A stretch of 64,000 bases of DNA from Armatimonadota bacterium (GTDB lineage: Bacteria; Armatimonadota; SYMT01). The notes below the pieces were generated by a model. The model was not told where the DNA came from and ran no database searches. It worked only from the letters and a program-made list of their open reading frames with translations. Positions 29,063-38,936 of this stretch are shown in pieces. The position numbers and the translations under genes are program-made. The stretch's first letter is position 1, and each line of letters starts with the position of its first letter. Location of the stretch: NCBI GenBank assembly GCA_041690135.1, contig JAWLHY010000001.1, positions 1,344,001 through 1,408,000 on the forward strand. Direction: 5' to 3'.

Positions 29063-29950
29063 CTATGCGGTGCCGGGACCGGGATTGAAGTCCTGGGCCG
29101 GGACAGGGCCGCCGAGGCTGATGAGCAGGCGGCGGATGTCGTCGGCATAGGTGACCTCGCTGTCGTCCTGGGGTACGTAGCCGATCACCTTACGGGCGTT
29201 GGTGATGCTCCAGAACTTCCGGGTGTTGTCGGAGATCCCGTAGAAGATCTGGAACGGGATGCCGTGTTCGTCACGGAGGTCCTCGGTGTCGAGGCTCTTC
29301 ACGAAGAGTTGGGTCAGGTCGCGGGGGCTAATCCAGGCCCCCATGTCCCGGTTGTAGCCGAGCGGGTTCCCCACGAACCTCTCTGCCACAATGGGCCGGG
29401 GAGCGCCGATCCGGATCTGGACCACCTCCAGTGGGCGGCCCAACTGCCCACTGGCGAACACGAAGCCCAGGTGCTCGTAGGCCTCCTTCGCCCAGCCGTA
29501 GAAGTTGTCGCTGATGGCGCGCTCCCACGGGTCGACGATGTCCTTCTTTCGGGCGTGGATCAGGCCTTCGTACCAGTCAGCGGCGTGGTTGCTGCTCGCC
29601 ATCACTACGCGTCGAACCCCCTCTTCCAGCGAGAGTTGGTAGACGTTGAATGCCATGTCCACATTGGTGCGCTCGGTGTAGTAGTTGATTGGTCCGCGGC
29701 TCGCCTGCCCCCGCGCCGGCTGAACGTAGCCCAGGTGGACCACCGCGTCGATACCTTGGAACCAGTGGCGGTTCGCCTCCAGGTCCGCGAGGGTCAGGTC
29801 CGCGATCTGCACCCCCTCCACCGGGTTGCCGTCCCGGTCCGCATCGCGCACGTCCACCAGGGTGCACTCATACCGCTCGCGCAGCGTGGGCAGCATCTGC
29901 GACGCAACATACCCACTCGCACCAGTCACCAGGATCTTCTTCTTTGCCAT
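29063..29950 (-). CDS. NAD-dependent epimerase/dehydratase (uronate-dehydrogenase-like)
   Basis: ILVTGASGYVA, VVMASSNHA, YGWAK, RIGAP, WISPRD. Confidence 0.88.
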   Translation of the reverse strand: MAKKKILVTGASGYVASQMLPTLRERYECTLVDVRDADRDGNPVEGVQIADLTLADLEANRHWFQGIDAVVHLGYVQPARGQASRGPINYYTERTNVDMAFNVYQLSLEEGVRRVVMASSNHAADWYEGLIHARKKDIVDPWERAISDNFYGWAKEAYEHLGFVFASGQLGRPLEVVQIRIGAPRPIVAERFVGNPLGYNRDMGAWISPRDLTQLFVKSLDTEDLRDEHGIPFQIFYGISDNTRKFWSITNARKVIGYVPQDDSEVTYADDIRRLLISLGGPVPAQDFNPGPGTA

Positions 29951-30129
29951 TTCCACCTTCGAAGCAAAAAATTCCGAACGAACCGTCGTGAGTTAAGCAG
30001 CAATCTTCGCCGTCGATCAGCCGACGTAGGTCGGCTTCGCTGTTTGTAGCCGCGAGTTTACTCGCTCATCCGCACACCCGAAGGTGCGCTGCAAACCCCC
30101 GTGTCCAGCCACTCGCCCAGCCGGAGCGC

Positions 30130-30960
30130 TCATGCACTTGATTTCTGTTCTCGCAGACCCAGGGCCGCCAGGCGACCGGAAATCATGTCGTATGCGATCT
30201 TCGCCTTGTCTTCCCGCCAGAACGAGAACGTCTCCACGCTGATGCAGCCGGTGTAGCCGGCCTCCCCCAGCGCCTGGGCGAAGGTATCGAAGGGGAATTC
30301 GTCGCCCCGTTCTCCCGGCACCAGGAAATGGTGGAAGGGAAAGGTCCCCACCACCCCTTTCAGATGGCAGTGGATGGTCCAGGGAGCCACCCGCTCCACG
30401 GCAGAGGCCACGTCCGATCCCAGGATATAGTAGTTCGTGATGTCGCAGAGCGACTTGAGGTTCGGGAGACCTACCTGCTCGATAATCAGGCGGGTTTTGT
30501 CAGGGGTGTCCAGGACCATATTCTCGTGGTTGTGGATGGTCATGTTCACCCCGCGCTCTCCGGCGTAGTAGAGGAGCGGCTTTACGGTCTCCACAATCTT
30601 CCGCCACGCGGAAGCACAGTCCTCGGGGAAGCGGCCCGGCAGGAAGTTGACGGTGGGTGCCTCCAGGGCGGCGGCGATATCGATCAGTTTACGGTAGAAC
30701 TCATGCACGTCGGCTTCCAGCGCGTACTGGGGGAGCGGCTTCACTCCGTAGGGGTTGATAGCCGCGACCCGCAGGCCGGTGGCGGAAAGCAGCTTCCGGG
30801 CCGCCTCCAACTGCGGCTCGAGCGGATCGCCGGTGCGGATATGCGCGGTCGGGCCGCAGACGATCTCTAGCGCGTCGTAACCCAGCTCACTCAAATGGGT
30901 GGCGACCCAGGAGAGCGGCTTGTCCTGGAAACCGCCGGTATGGAAAGAGATACCGATCAT
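30130..30960 (-). CDS. Sugar phosphate isomerase/epimerase (TIM barrel)
   Basis: GYDALE, IHNHE, CDITN, HCHLKG, GYTGCISVE; RBS AGGAGG. Confidence 0.85.
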   Translation of the reverse strand: MIGISFHTGGFQDKPLSWVATHLSELGYDALEIVCGPTAHIRTGDPLEPQLEAARKLLSATGLRVAAINPYGVKPLPQYALEADVHEFYRKLIDIAAALEAPTVNFLPGRFPEDCASAWRKIVETVKPLLYYAGERGVNMTIHNHENMVLDTPDKTRLIIEQVGLPNLKSLCDITNYYILGSDVASAVERVAPWTIHCHLKGVVGTFPFHHFLVPGERGDEFPFDTFAQALGEAGYTGCISVETFSFWREDKAKIAYDMISGRLAALGLREQKSSA

Positions 30961-31213
30961 GGGAGTCCTCCTTGGGACGTCACGCGGAGGAAGCGCACAT
31001 GCCTCGGCGCGTCTCACCGCGGATGGTCCCGCTCACAGGACGGGTGCGTGTCATCCTGAACGAAGTAAAGGATCTCATCGCGAAACTGAGACCGGTCCCC
31101 GACCTGTAATACGGTGGGGCGTGGATCTTGCAAGCACCCGCCGGACTCCGTTCGTCATCGGGTTAGGAATTCCTCGCCTTTTCGGTCCGCTCCGGACCCA
31201 GGAGAGAACCCGG

Positions 31214-31534
31214 ATGGAAGCGATCCTCGTATTCGTTACTGCCGGTAGTGAAGAAGAAGCGGAACGCGTGAGCGGCGCGCTTCTGGATGAGCGGCTCGTC
31301 GCGTGCGTGAACCAGGTCCCCGGAGTGCGTTCCGCGTTCTGGTGGCAGGGAGAGCGGGACAGCGCGACGGAGGTGCTTTTGCTGGCGAAGACCCGCCGCG
31401 AGCTGTGGCCGCAGGTGCTGGAGACGATCCGCCGGCACCACAGCTACGAGGTCTTTGAAGCGATTGCCGTTCCCCTGGTGGAAGGCAATCCGGATTATTT
31501 GCGCTGGATCTGGGAATCAACTCGCGAGCCATGA
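31214..31534 (+). CDS. cutA: Divalent-cation tolerance protein CutA
   Basis: LVACVN, SAFWWQG, EVLLLAKT, HSYEV, GNPDYLRWI. Confidence 0.93.
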   Translation: MEAILVFVTAGSEEEAERVSGALLDERLVACVNQVPGVRSAFWWQGERDSATEVLLLAKTRRELWPQVLETIRRHHSYEVFEAIAVPLVEGNPDYLRWIWESTREP

Positions 31535-32043
31535 ACGGAAAACTCCGCACAGGACTGCTTTCGGTGATGTTGGTCGGCACGCTGGCATTGACGCCGTTCC
31601 GAACCCTTAAGGTGGCGGGACGCTCGATGGAGCCGACGCTGCAGAACGGCGAGACCTACCTGCTGGACCAGTCGTATTGGAAGCGGGGCGGGCTCAAGCG
31701 GAGCGACATCGTAGTCGTCCAACACGGGGACGAAAAGTGGGTGAAACGCCTGGTGGGAATGCCGGGCGACCGGCTGGCGCTCACCTACCGGCCGGACGGC
31801 TGGATTACCTTCGTGGCCAACCTCACCGTGAACCCGGCACTGCGCAACCGGCAGCAGGAGCCGAACACCCATGTGCGAGAACGGGTGGTGGGTGATGGCG
31901 AAATCTTCGTCATCGGCGACAATCTCAACTGGTCCGCCGACAGCACCAACCAGGAAGCGGGCGCATTCAAACTGGAACACGTGCTCGGCGTCGTCCGAAC
32001 CTTCACTCTGCGCCGCGACTTCCCGTTCCGCAAGCATCTCTAG
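31531..32043 (+). CDS. lepB: Signal peptidase I
   Basis: GRSMEPTL (Ser), VKRLVGMPGD (Lys), FVIGDN...ADS. Confidence 0.9.
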   Translation: MNGKLRTGLLSVMLVGTLALTPFRTLKVAGRSMEPTLQNGETYLLDQSYWKRGGLKRSDIVVVQHGDEKWVKRLVGMPGDRLALTYRPDGWITFVANLTVNPALRNRQQEPNTHVRERVVGDGEIFVIGDNLNWSADSTNQEAGAFKLEHVLGVVRTFTLRRDFPFRKHL

Positions 32044-32099
32044 CCGCCGCGCCCACCTGAACTTACGCAAATGGTAACGGGGCAAATTGGTCCGGTGGA

Positions 32100-34640
32100 T
32101 CAGCTCCGCCGGGAACTGCGCGTCCCCACTCCCTCGCCGGCTGCACGCCGTCGACCAGCGGTCTCTCCGCGGCGGTTGAACTTGTCGCTGTACATTCGCT
32201 GATCAGCCACGCCCAATAGCGACCGGACGTCGCGCCCCTCGCGCGGGAAGCAGGCGATGCCGATGCTGGCGCTGAGCCCTCCCGCGATCCACGCTTTGGA
32301 TTTCTCCTCCAGCGCCTGGCGGAAACGGGTTCCGAACTGGCGCGCTTCTTCTTCGCCCGCATTGGCCAGCACCACCACGAACTCGTCGCCCGCGTACCGG
32401 CAGGGGAGGTCCGTGTCGCGCGTCAGCTGCCGGAGCAAGTCGGCGATTTTCCGGAGCACCTCATCGCCGTGGAGGTGGCCGGTCGTGTCGTTGACCTGCT
32501 TGAAGCCATCCAGGTCGATCATCATCACCGCGAAGCGGTCCGTGATGTCGCCGGGGTCGCAACCCTCCGAGGGGCTGCAAAGGGTTTCCACGTGGTGGAT
32601 CAGGCTGCGGCTGTTCGGAAGTCCCGTAAGCGGATCGGTGAGCGACAACTCGCGGGTCTGCTCGTACCGGCGGGCGCTGGCGAGGGCGGCCGCGGTGTGT
32701 TCGGCGACGATGTTGATCACCCCCAGATGGTGCTCCGCGAGGACGCTGTAACCCGTGGTGTACAGCGCAAGAACCCCGATGGTGGCGCCGCTTTGCACCA
32801 GGGGCACGCAGGCCGCGGCGGAAAGCTCTATCATCTCGTTAGGGTTGAAGCGTCGTCCCACGTCCAGGGAGGCCTGGGCGTTCATCTGGGGCTGCAGCGT
32901 TTCCGCGACCCAGCCGGACACGCCTTCGCCCCGGTTGATGGTCAGTCCCGCTAGCTTCTCGGAATAAAGGCCGCTGATGCCGGTGGCCTGCAGGTTTCCG
33001 GTGCCCTCATCGCAGAGATAGATGATCGCCGTGTCTGCCGGGAGCAGCAACAGCACCCGGTCCAGAACTACCTTAAGCACGTCGTGGACGGTGGACGCTT
33101 CCGCCAGGCCCTGGGCCAGGTCGCACGCGGCGGACATCTCCGCGGCGGACTGGCCGATCTGAGAGAGGGCCCAGTTGGAGTCGAGTTTCTGCGTCTCACC
33201 GGGCTCGCCGGAGCGCAAGGCCGCTTCCCGGGCTTCCATCTCGGCCACGCGCGCGCTGACTTCCGGCAGGATCTGGCTGAACAGTTCCACCAGTCTCGGG
33301 TCGAACTGCTTGCCGGAGCCGTCCCGCAGCACGGCAATGGCGCCGTCCAGGCTCATAGCAGGGCGGTAAGGCCGGTTAGAAGTGAGCGCGTCGAATACGT
33401 CGGAGATGGCCATGATCCGCCCGCCGATGGGAATGTCCTCACCCTTCAGGCCCATCGGGTAGCCCAGGCCGTCCCATCGCTCGTGGTGGGTCAGCACGAT
33501 CGGAATCACCGGCCAGGGGAACGGCACCGGCGCCAGGATCTCCGCCCCGATGGTCACGTGCGATTGGATGCGGCGGAACTCTTCCGGCGTCAGCTTGCCC
33601 GGTTTCCCCAGGATTCGCTCCGGAATGCCGATCTTGCCGATATCATGGACCAGCGCACCGGTGCGGACGGCCTCCAACTCGGAGCCGCTCAACCCCGCCG
33701 CCTCTCCCAGGGCCACCGAGTACATTTGCACCCGGTTGATGTGGGAACGGGTGTAGCGGTCCTTCGCGTCGATCGCTCGCGCCAGGGAGGTCAGGATGGC
33801 CGAGTTCATCTCCTTCAGTTCCTCGATATGGCGCCGGTCCTGTTCGACCTTGTCCGCATAGAGGTTCATCCGGTCCACGTAGACGCGGTAGAAGTGGTAG
33901 ATGAAGTAGATCGGCGCGACGAGGATGAGGGCCCAGCCCCGGATGTAGGGCGTGGAGTAGGCGGCGTAGATCACGACCGCCACGGAAGCCGACACGTAAT
34001 AGCTCAGGCCGGTCCACAGGAAGTTCTCGCGCCAGATTCGGAGCACGCTCTGCGAATTGATGAGCGCGAGGGCCAGGGAAACGCCGGCCGTGTTGATCAG
34101 GAAGTAGACGGTCTGAAACGCGAACGCCCCCGTGGCATAGGCGCCGATGCCCGAAAGGTTATCCAGATTGCTGCGCGTAGCCCCGGCGGCGACTCCGGAC
34201 GGGTCTATCCCTAGCGCCCGTAGGGACCACGCGCGAGCGGCTTCGTAGGCGAAGGCCGCGGCAACACAGGCGAGAATGCAATTGGCGGCGTTAAAGGCCG
34301 CCCTGTAGTCCTGCAACCGGATGGTCGGGGGTTTGCCGGGAGAATGCTTGACCATCGTGCCCGACATTGCGCCGAGCGCGGCGCAGAGCACGGCGGCCCA
34401 CGGTCCCTGCAGGAGCATCGCGAGGCAGACGATGGTCGAGGTGAGGGTCATCCGACCGTCCCGGACGGTCAACTCGACCTTCCAGATGCTGACGATGACG
34501 CTGAACGCCACCAGGATGCCCAGCATCCCCAGGTTATCCGGTGGACGGAGGAACGTTAGCGCGGAAAGGCTGGCGAGACCGACGCCAACCGTCGCCACGA
34601 TATAGACCTTCAGCAGAGAAGGAAGACTGCTGAATTTCAT
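32100..34640 (-). CDS. Membrane c-di-GMP enzyme: TM sensor + HD-GYP + GAF + GGDEF
   Basis: HDIGK, HHERWDGLGYP; TDPLTGLPN, DLDGFKQVND..GH, RDTD I-site, RYAGDEF. Confidence 0.93.
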   Translation of the reverse strand: MKFSSLPSLLKVYIVATVGVGLASLSALTFLRPPDNLGMLGILVAFSVIVSIWKVELTVRDGRMTLTSTIVCLAMLLQGPWAAVLCAALGAMSGTMVKHSPGKPPTIRLQDYRAAFNAANCILACVAAAFAYEAARAWSLRALGIDPSGVAAGATRSNLDNLSGIGAYATGAFAFQTVYFLINTAGVSLALALINSQSVLRIWRENFLWTGLSYYVSASVAVVIYAAYSTPYIRGWALILVAPIYFIYHFYRVYVDRMNLYADKVEQDRRHIEELKEMNSAILTSLARAIDAKDRYTRSHINRVQMYSVALGEAAGLSGSELEAVRTGALVHDIGKIGIPERILGKPGKLTPEEFRRIQSHVTIGAEILAPVPFPWPVIPIVLTHHERWDGLGYPMGLKGEDIPIGGRIMAISDVFDALTSNRPYRPAMSLDGAIAVLRDGSGKQFDPRLVELFSQILPEVSARVAEMEAREAALRSGEPGETQKLDSNWALSQIGQSAAEMSAACDLAQGLAEASTVHDVLKVVLDRVLLLLPADTAIIYLCDEGTGNLQATGISGLYSEKLAGLTINRGEGVSGWVAETLQPQMNAQASLDVGRRFNPNEMIELSAAACVPLVQSGATIGVLALYTTGYSVLAEHHLGVINIVAEHTAAALASARRYEQTRELSLTDPLTGLPNSRSLIHHVETLCSPSEGCDPGDITDRFAVMMIDLDGFKQVNDTTGHLHGDEVLRKIADLLRQLTRDTDLPCRYAGDEFVVVLANAGEEEARQFGTRFRQALEEKSKAWIAGGLSASIGIACFPREGRDVRSLLGVADQRMYSDKFNRRGETAGRRRAAGEGVGTRSSRRS

Positions 34641-34930
34641 CGGAATGTGATCCCGAGCATGACAGTGGCGTCCGGGGGCGCGTGTGGATGGATTTGCGGC
34701 GAGTGTGCCGCGTTGAACCTATATTCGGACATCTATTCGGAAATTATATGTCTGTTTAGGAGAAAGCGAGATGGGGGCAAAACGCCCGGACGGATGGGGA
34801 CGAATTACCCCCCGATCGCCTGCCGGGATCCCGGCGCCGCTCCCTTTCTCATTCGCCGACGGTCCGCCGTCCCCCTTTGGATACGGAATCGGCGCACGCG
34901 GGTGCGCCCACAGCAAGCAAAGGACCTGAA

Positions 34931-35191
34931 ATGCCCGAGGATGCCAACCCTTCCGCCTTTTTTTTGCAGATGCGGGACGAGCTGTTCCGCGAGCTGGCGG
35001 ATGCCGAACAGGAGTGCGCGCAGGTACGCGTGGCGGTGGAGCGGATGGAGAGCGATCTTCGGATCGGCAGGCCCGAGCCCGCGGAGTACGCGGAGACCAA
35101 GGGGCACCTTCTACCTCGCGCCGAGCGCCGGATCATCGAGGCCTACCAGCAGCTCCTCAAATTGGAAGACAAAATCGCCGGTCGCGCATAA
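34931..35191 (+). CDS. Small helical hypothetical protein
   Basis: Coiled-coil-like 86 aa; RBS AAGGA. Confidence 0.6.
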   Translation: MPEDANPSAFFLQMRDELFRELADAEQECAQVRVAVERMESDLRIGRPEPAEYAETKGHLLPRAERRIIEAYQQLLKLEDKIAGRA

Positions 35192-35365
35192 GTAGTTGCC
35201 CACTACCCAGCTCCCGTCAGGCCAAACCAGTAAGCTCCCGGAGCCTCAGTGTGGACCCGCCGTTTGCATCGGCGCCTTGCGGCCTTGCCCTCGGCTCCCG
35301 TCCCGCACTACGGACCCTACCAGCGAAACACCGCGTCCACAGGCCCCAACCAGGTGGACCGGAAT

Positions 35366-35391
35366 GTAGGGGCATCGGCCCTGGTTGCCCT
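35366..35391 (+). repeat. REP-like element, identical to the copy at 23163
   Basis: GTAGGGGCATCGGCCCTGGTTGCCCT between convergent genes. Confidence 0.8.
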
Positions 35392-35485
35392 CGTCTTGCC
35401 TCTGATCAGCGACCGCAAAAGGGTTCGCCATCGGGCATGCCGCCGCCGTTGCACTTACCCCAACTCTCGCAATGTGCAGGTACGT

Positions 35486-37549
35486 TCATCGGGATCTCCG
35501 CTCCGGCGACCCCGGTTCGGCACGATTCCGGATTGGCATCACCAACTGCCGGAGATCGAACCGCTGCCGTTCCGGAATCCAGCCGTATTCCCAGTAGGAA
35601 CGGTCGGGAAAGGCCGCCACCACCCGTGGAAGATGCGCTCCCGGATGCAGCGCATAGATCACGTCCTGTTCGTGAGGCCAGGGCGAGTTCGCCCAGAGCC
35701 CCAGGCTGATATTGCTGCTGATACCGTTGGGGTCGATCCAGGGCGGTTCAGTGCGCTGGTGTCGGCGCACCGAACCGCGAACGGCCTTCAGCAGGGCTTC
35801 CGTCAATCTCTCGGTACGGTCCGAACGCGTGGACTTGTCCCACTCCGTTAGCCGGGCATCCAACCAGCCCGGATCCAGGCGATCCACGGCCGCCTGGGCC
35901 GCTGCGAGCGTCACCCCGCGCCGCCGCAGCTCCTCGCAGCGTAGGCGGCCGTAGTCGCGGATGAAGACCACGGCTCGCCCCACCTTTCGTCGTTCCGCTT
36001 CCCGCACCAGTCGTGTGCTCGCCCCCCAGAAATCCCTACCGTACCAGTGAAGGAGCAAAGGCAGGTTCACCAGCAGGCCTGCAACGGTGAGCAGGAATAG
36101 TGCCTCTCGCAGCCGCCCTAGCCCCAGCGCCGCAGACTCCCCGCGGCGGCGGGAAAACGCAATGCCGGCAGCCATCAACCCCCGCGCCGAGAGCAGGATG
36201 AGGGCCGGCACGCCGGCGTAGAGGAACCGGGGTCCCAGGCAAAGGTCCTGGAAGAAGTAGGGAAGATAGGCAAGGCTCAGGGAGGCGAGCATCGCCAGCA
36301 GCACCCCATCAGCGCGCTTCCGTCTGGGCAGTAGGAGGCAGCACAGGAGCGGCAGCAAGCTCGGGAGCGGCCACTCAAAGAGGTACCTGGCGGCGCCGTC
36401 CCAGTTGGCGGCGAAGTGGGCGAGCCCGGCCGCCAACGTATGCGGCGACCCCCACTGGGCCTGGCCGAACCCCCATCCGCTGTTCCCCCACTGGGCCTGG
36501 TAACCGGTAACCCATGGCGAGCCGGTGGTCGCCGCGTTGAACAGCAGGAGGGGTGCTCCACCCATCAGGCTTCCCGCAGCGAGCGCAATGGCTTTGCGAC
36601 CGCGGTCACCGGTCGGTCGGGTGAGCGCGGCAACGATCAGAGGAAAGGCGACCGCCACGCCGCACAGAGGGCGCGTGCACATGGCAAACCCCAGCGCCAG
36701 CCCACCCAGGAGAAGCCTCGCCGGCCGAGGGTCGGGTGCGCTGGCCTTCAACGCCGGTGCGAGGCAACACAGCGCCGCGCAGACCCAGAACAATGTGGTG
36801 ACGTGGTTCATCCGCTCGCCGGACATGAACCAGACGAACGGAGAGAGGCAAAACAGCCAGAGTGCGAGGCGAGCGGTCCGGGGCCCGTACAGTTGCCTCG
36901 CCGTTGAGTGGAGCAGCACTGCGCTCAGGGCCGCCAGCACGGGCATGCTCAGCCACGGCACCCCCAATACCACCCCCAGGGCAAGTACGGCGGCATGCCC
37001 GGGCGGGTACTGCGCGTACCAGCGTCCCGCCTGCTGGACCATGTACTCGCTGCGTAGGACCCAACCTTCCTCCGGGACTGGCGCCCAGGCTCGACCGCGG
37101 GCGAAGATCTGGGCCTGGAACTGCTGCGCGATACTGTCCTGGATGTGGGGAATCCCCTCGAAGACCCCCAGCGAAATCGCCGTCGCGATAAGGAACAGCA
37201 GGCCGGCCGGCAGCCACGGATAGGCTTGGCGTGGGAGCGAGGGGACCCGTATTGGGCGACTGCTTTGCGCGCGAAGGAACAGACCCCAACCAAAGAGGGT
37301 CGCCGGGAGCCATTCCCAGAGTACGCCGGCCAGGGCTGCCTCCCAGGACCACTGCCCCGAAACCGTGCCGATGTGCAGCCACCCCTCCAGCTTGTTGTCC
37401 AGCAGCACCCGCGGGTCGCCCCAGGCCCCCGCCGGCAACCCCCGGGAGAGGCAGATCCCGTTGCGGAATCCCAGCAGGAGCAGGGCCGCCGCCATCCAGG
37501 CCCAGCCTCTCCCCGCACCGCCTTGCTCTTTCAAATAGGTTGCTGCCAC
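35486..37549 (-). CDS. GT-C fold membrane glycosyltransferase (ArnT/PMT-like)
   Basis: PHIQDSIAQQFQAQIFARG, YAQYPPGH, many TMs, LGPRFLY; start uncertain. Confidence 0.75.
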   Translation of the reverse strand: MAATYLKEQGGAGRGWAWMAAALLLLGFRNGICLSRGLPAGAWGDPRVLLDNKLEGWLHIGTVSGQWSWEAALAGVLWEWLPATLFGWGLFLRAQSSRPIRVPSLPRQAYPWLPAGLLFLIATAISLGVFEGIPHIQDSIAQQFQAQIFARGRAWAPVPEEGWVLRSEYMVQQAGRWYAQYPPGHAAVLALGVVLGVPWLSMPVLAALSAVLLHSTARQLYGPRTARLALWLFCLSPFVWFMSGERMNHVTTLFWVCAALCCLAPALKASAPDPRPARLLLGGLALGFAMCTRPLCGVAVAFPLIVAALTRPTGDRGRKAIALAAGSLMGGAPLLLFNAATTGSPWVTGYQAQWGNSGWGFGQAQWGSPHTLAAGLAHFAANWDGAARYLFEWPLPSLLPLLCCLLLPRRKRADGVLLAMLASLSLAYLPYFFQDLCLGPRFLYAGVPALILLSARGLMAAGIAFSRRRGESAALGLGRLREALFLLTVAGLLVNLPLLLHWYGRDFWGASTRLVREAERRKVGRAVVFIRDYGRLRCEELRRRGVTLAAAQAAVDRLDPGWLDARLTEWDKSTRSDRTERLTEALLKAVRGSVRRHQRTEPPWIDPNGISSNISLGLWANSPWPHEQDVIYALHPGAHLPRVVAAFPDRSYWEYGWIPERQRFDLRQLVMPIRNRAEPGSPERRSR

Positions 37550-37736
37550 AGGTAGGTGAAAACGTCTCCAGCCACGCGATCAAAGCAGTAACTGGTCCGG
37601 CCGCATCACGGGATGCTTCACCAAGCATAATACGGTTGGCGCTATCCGTGGAGGAATGATCGAAGCAAATTCGGATGTGGGGACGGCGGGTATTCCTTCC
37701 GGCAGTAGGCACCGGGTAGACCGGCGGAGGAGTCAA

Positions 37737-38177
37737 ATGAAGTACTTCACTCGGGAATTGTACGAGAGTATCCAGCCAGGCTCGGGGGTGCCGGAGGAAG
37801 AGGCGGACCGGCAGTGGCAGGAGCGTAGTCAGGCCTATCAACGGCACCTCGATGCGATCCGCGCGCGCCTCCCTGCGGGCATGCAGTTGCTGGCGGAAAA
37901 CTCGCTCCACGACGGGGTCGTTCTCGGCGTGAAACAACTCCCGGATGGACGGCTTCGCCTGGAAACTGACGCAACCCAGAACCCCTGGGGACCGCGCGGG
38001 GTGTTCACGTTGACGTTTTCCGGCGTTCGAGAAGTGGAAGGTCTGGAAACCATTGTCGGGGACTGGTGGCTCTACGAGGAAGCACACCTGCACCCCCGGG
38101 CGGCTTTCGATTTCCGTGTACTGTTCTCCCAATCCCAGTTCAGAGTGGTAGCCGAGGAAGTAGAGCTTGCCGGCTGA
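37737..38177 (+). CDS. DUF4085-like hypothetical protein
   Basis: MKYFTRE..., SLHDGVV, WWLYEE; strong RBS GGAGGAG. Confidence 0.7.
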   Translation: MKYFTRELYESIQPGSGVPEEEADRQWQERSQAYQRHLDAIRARLPAGMQLLAENSLHDGVVLGVKQLPDGRLRLETDATQNPWGPRGVFTLTFSGVREVEGLETIVGDWWLYEEAHLHPRAAFDFRVLFSQSQFRVVAEEVELAG

Positions 38178-38490
38178 CCGGGAAGGACAATCTTCCGGAC
38201 CACCAGTTCCCTTTGGGCTTTCGCAACCATGGAAGACCTCCACAACGACGCATTCTCCATCTACCTCTGCAGTCGTCGCTTGGGTTATGTGGAGTTGCGG
38301 GTTTGATGGGCCCGCGCTCGACGTCACATGAATACGCCCATGACGACTAGCCAGAAATTCAAGGGGATGACGAAGCCGCCATACAGCTACGGATAGGGCA
38401 CCAAACCGATGTGAGGAACGCCCCAATCCAGCACATCGCGAAGACGATTAGCGAAAGTTTGAAAAGCCGCTACTCCGGACGCCCCGCGAT

Positions 38491-38850
38491 GTGCGTGAGA
38501 GCCATCTCCGCCGTCTGGTCCGGCAGGTCGCCGTGCAGCAGCAGGGTCAAGAAATAGCCCGGTTGAGCACCAGTTCCATCATGGCCGTCATCGATCGCTT
38601 GGAAAAGGCCGGCTTTGCACGGGGGGACAAAGATCCCCACGACCGCCGTAAAGTCATCGTCGTGCCGGTCGCGGAAGCGGCCAAGAGTCGCATCGCACCA
38701 CTCTTCGAGGCGATGGGATCCGCTATGGAAGAGCTGGGCTCCCGTTACAGTCCGGAGGAGCTGGCTCTCATTACGGATTTCGTACGCCGCAGCAACGACA
38801 TCACCCAGGCTGTGACCCAGGAATTGCGTACCCAAGGGGATGGCGAATGA
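38491..38850 (+). pseudogene. MarR-family regulator, apparently lacking its N-terminal helices
   Basis: VIDRLEKAGF..DPHDRRKV wing motif; no convincing N-terminus or RBS. Confidence 0.65.
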
Positions 38851-38936
38851 ATGTCCGACCAACCGCCCCATCGAAAGAACGTGGCCTGTGATCCTGGCTG
38901 ATCCCCGCACGTGACGGTGGCTGGCTTCCGATCTTT

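Noticed and set aside
34770-34830. c-di-GMP-I riboswitch near the GGDEF gene (GGGCAAA...GGGACG)
   Set aside because: Lacks the GAAA tetraloop and GCAAA/P2 elements, and lies on the strand opposite to the gene
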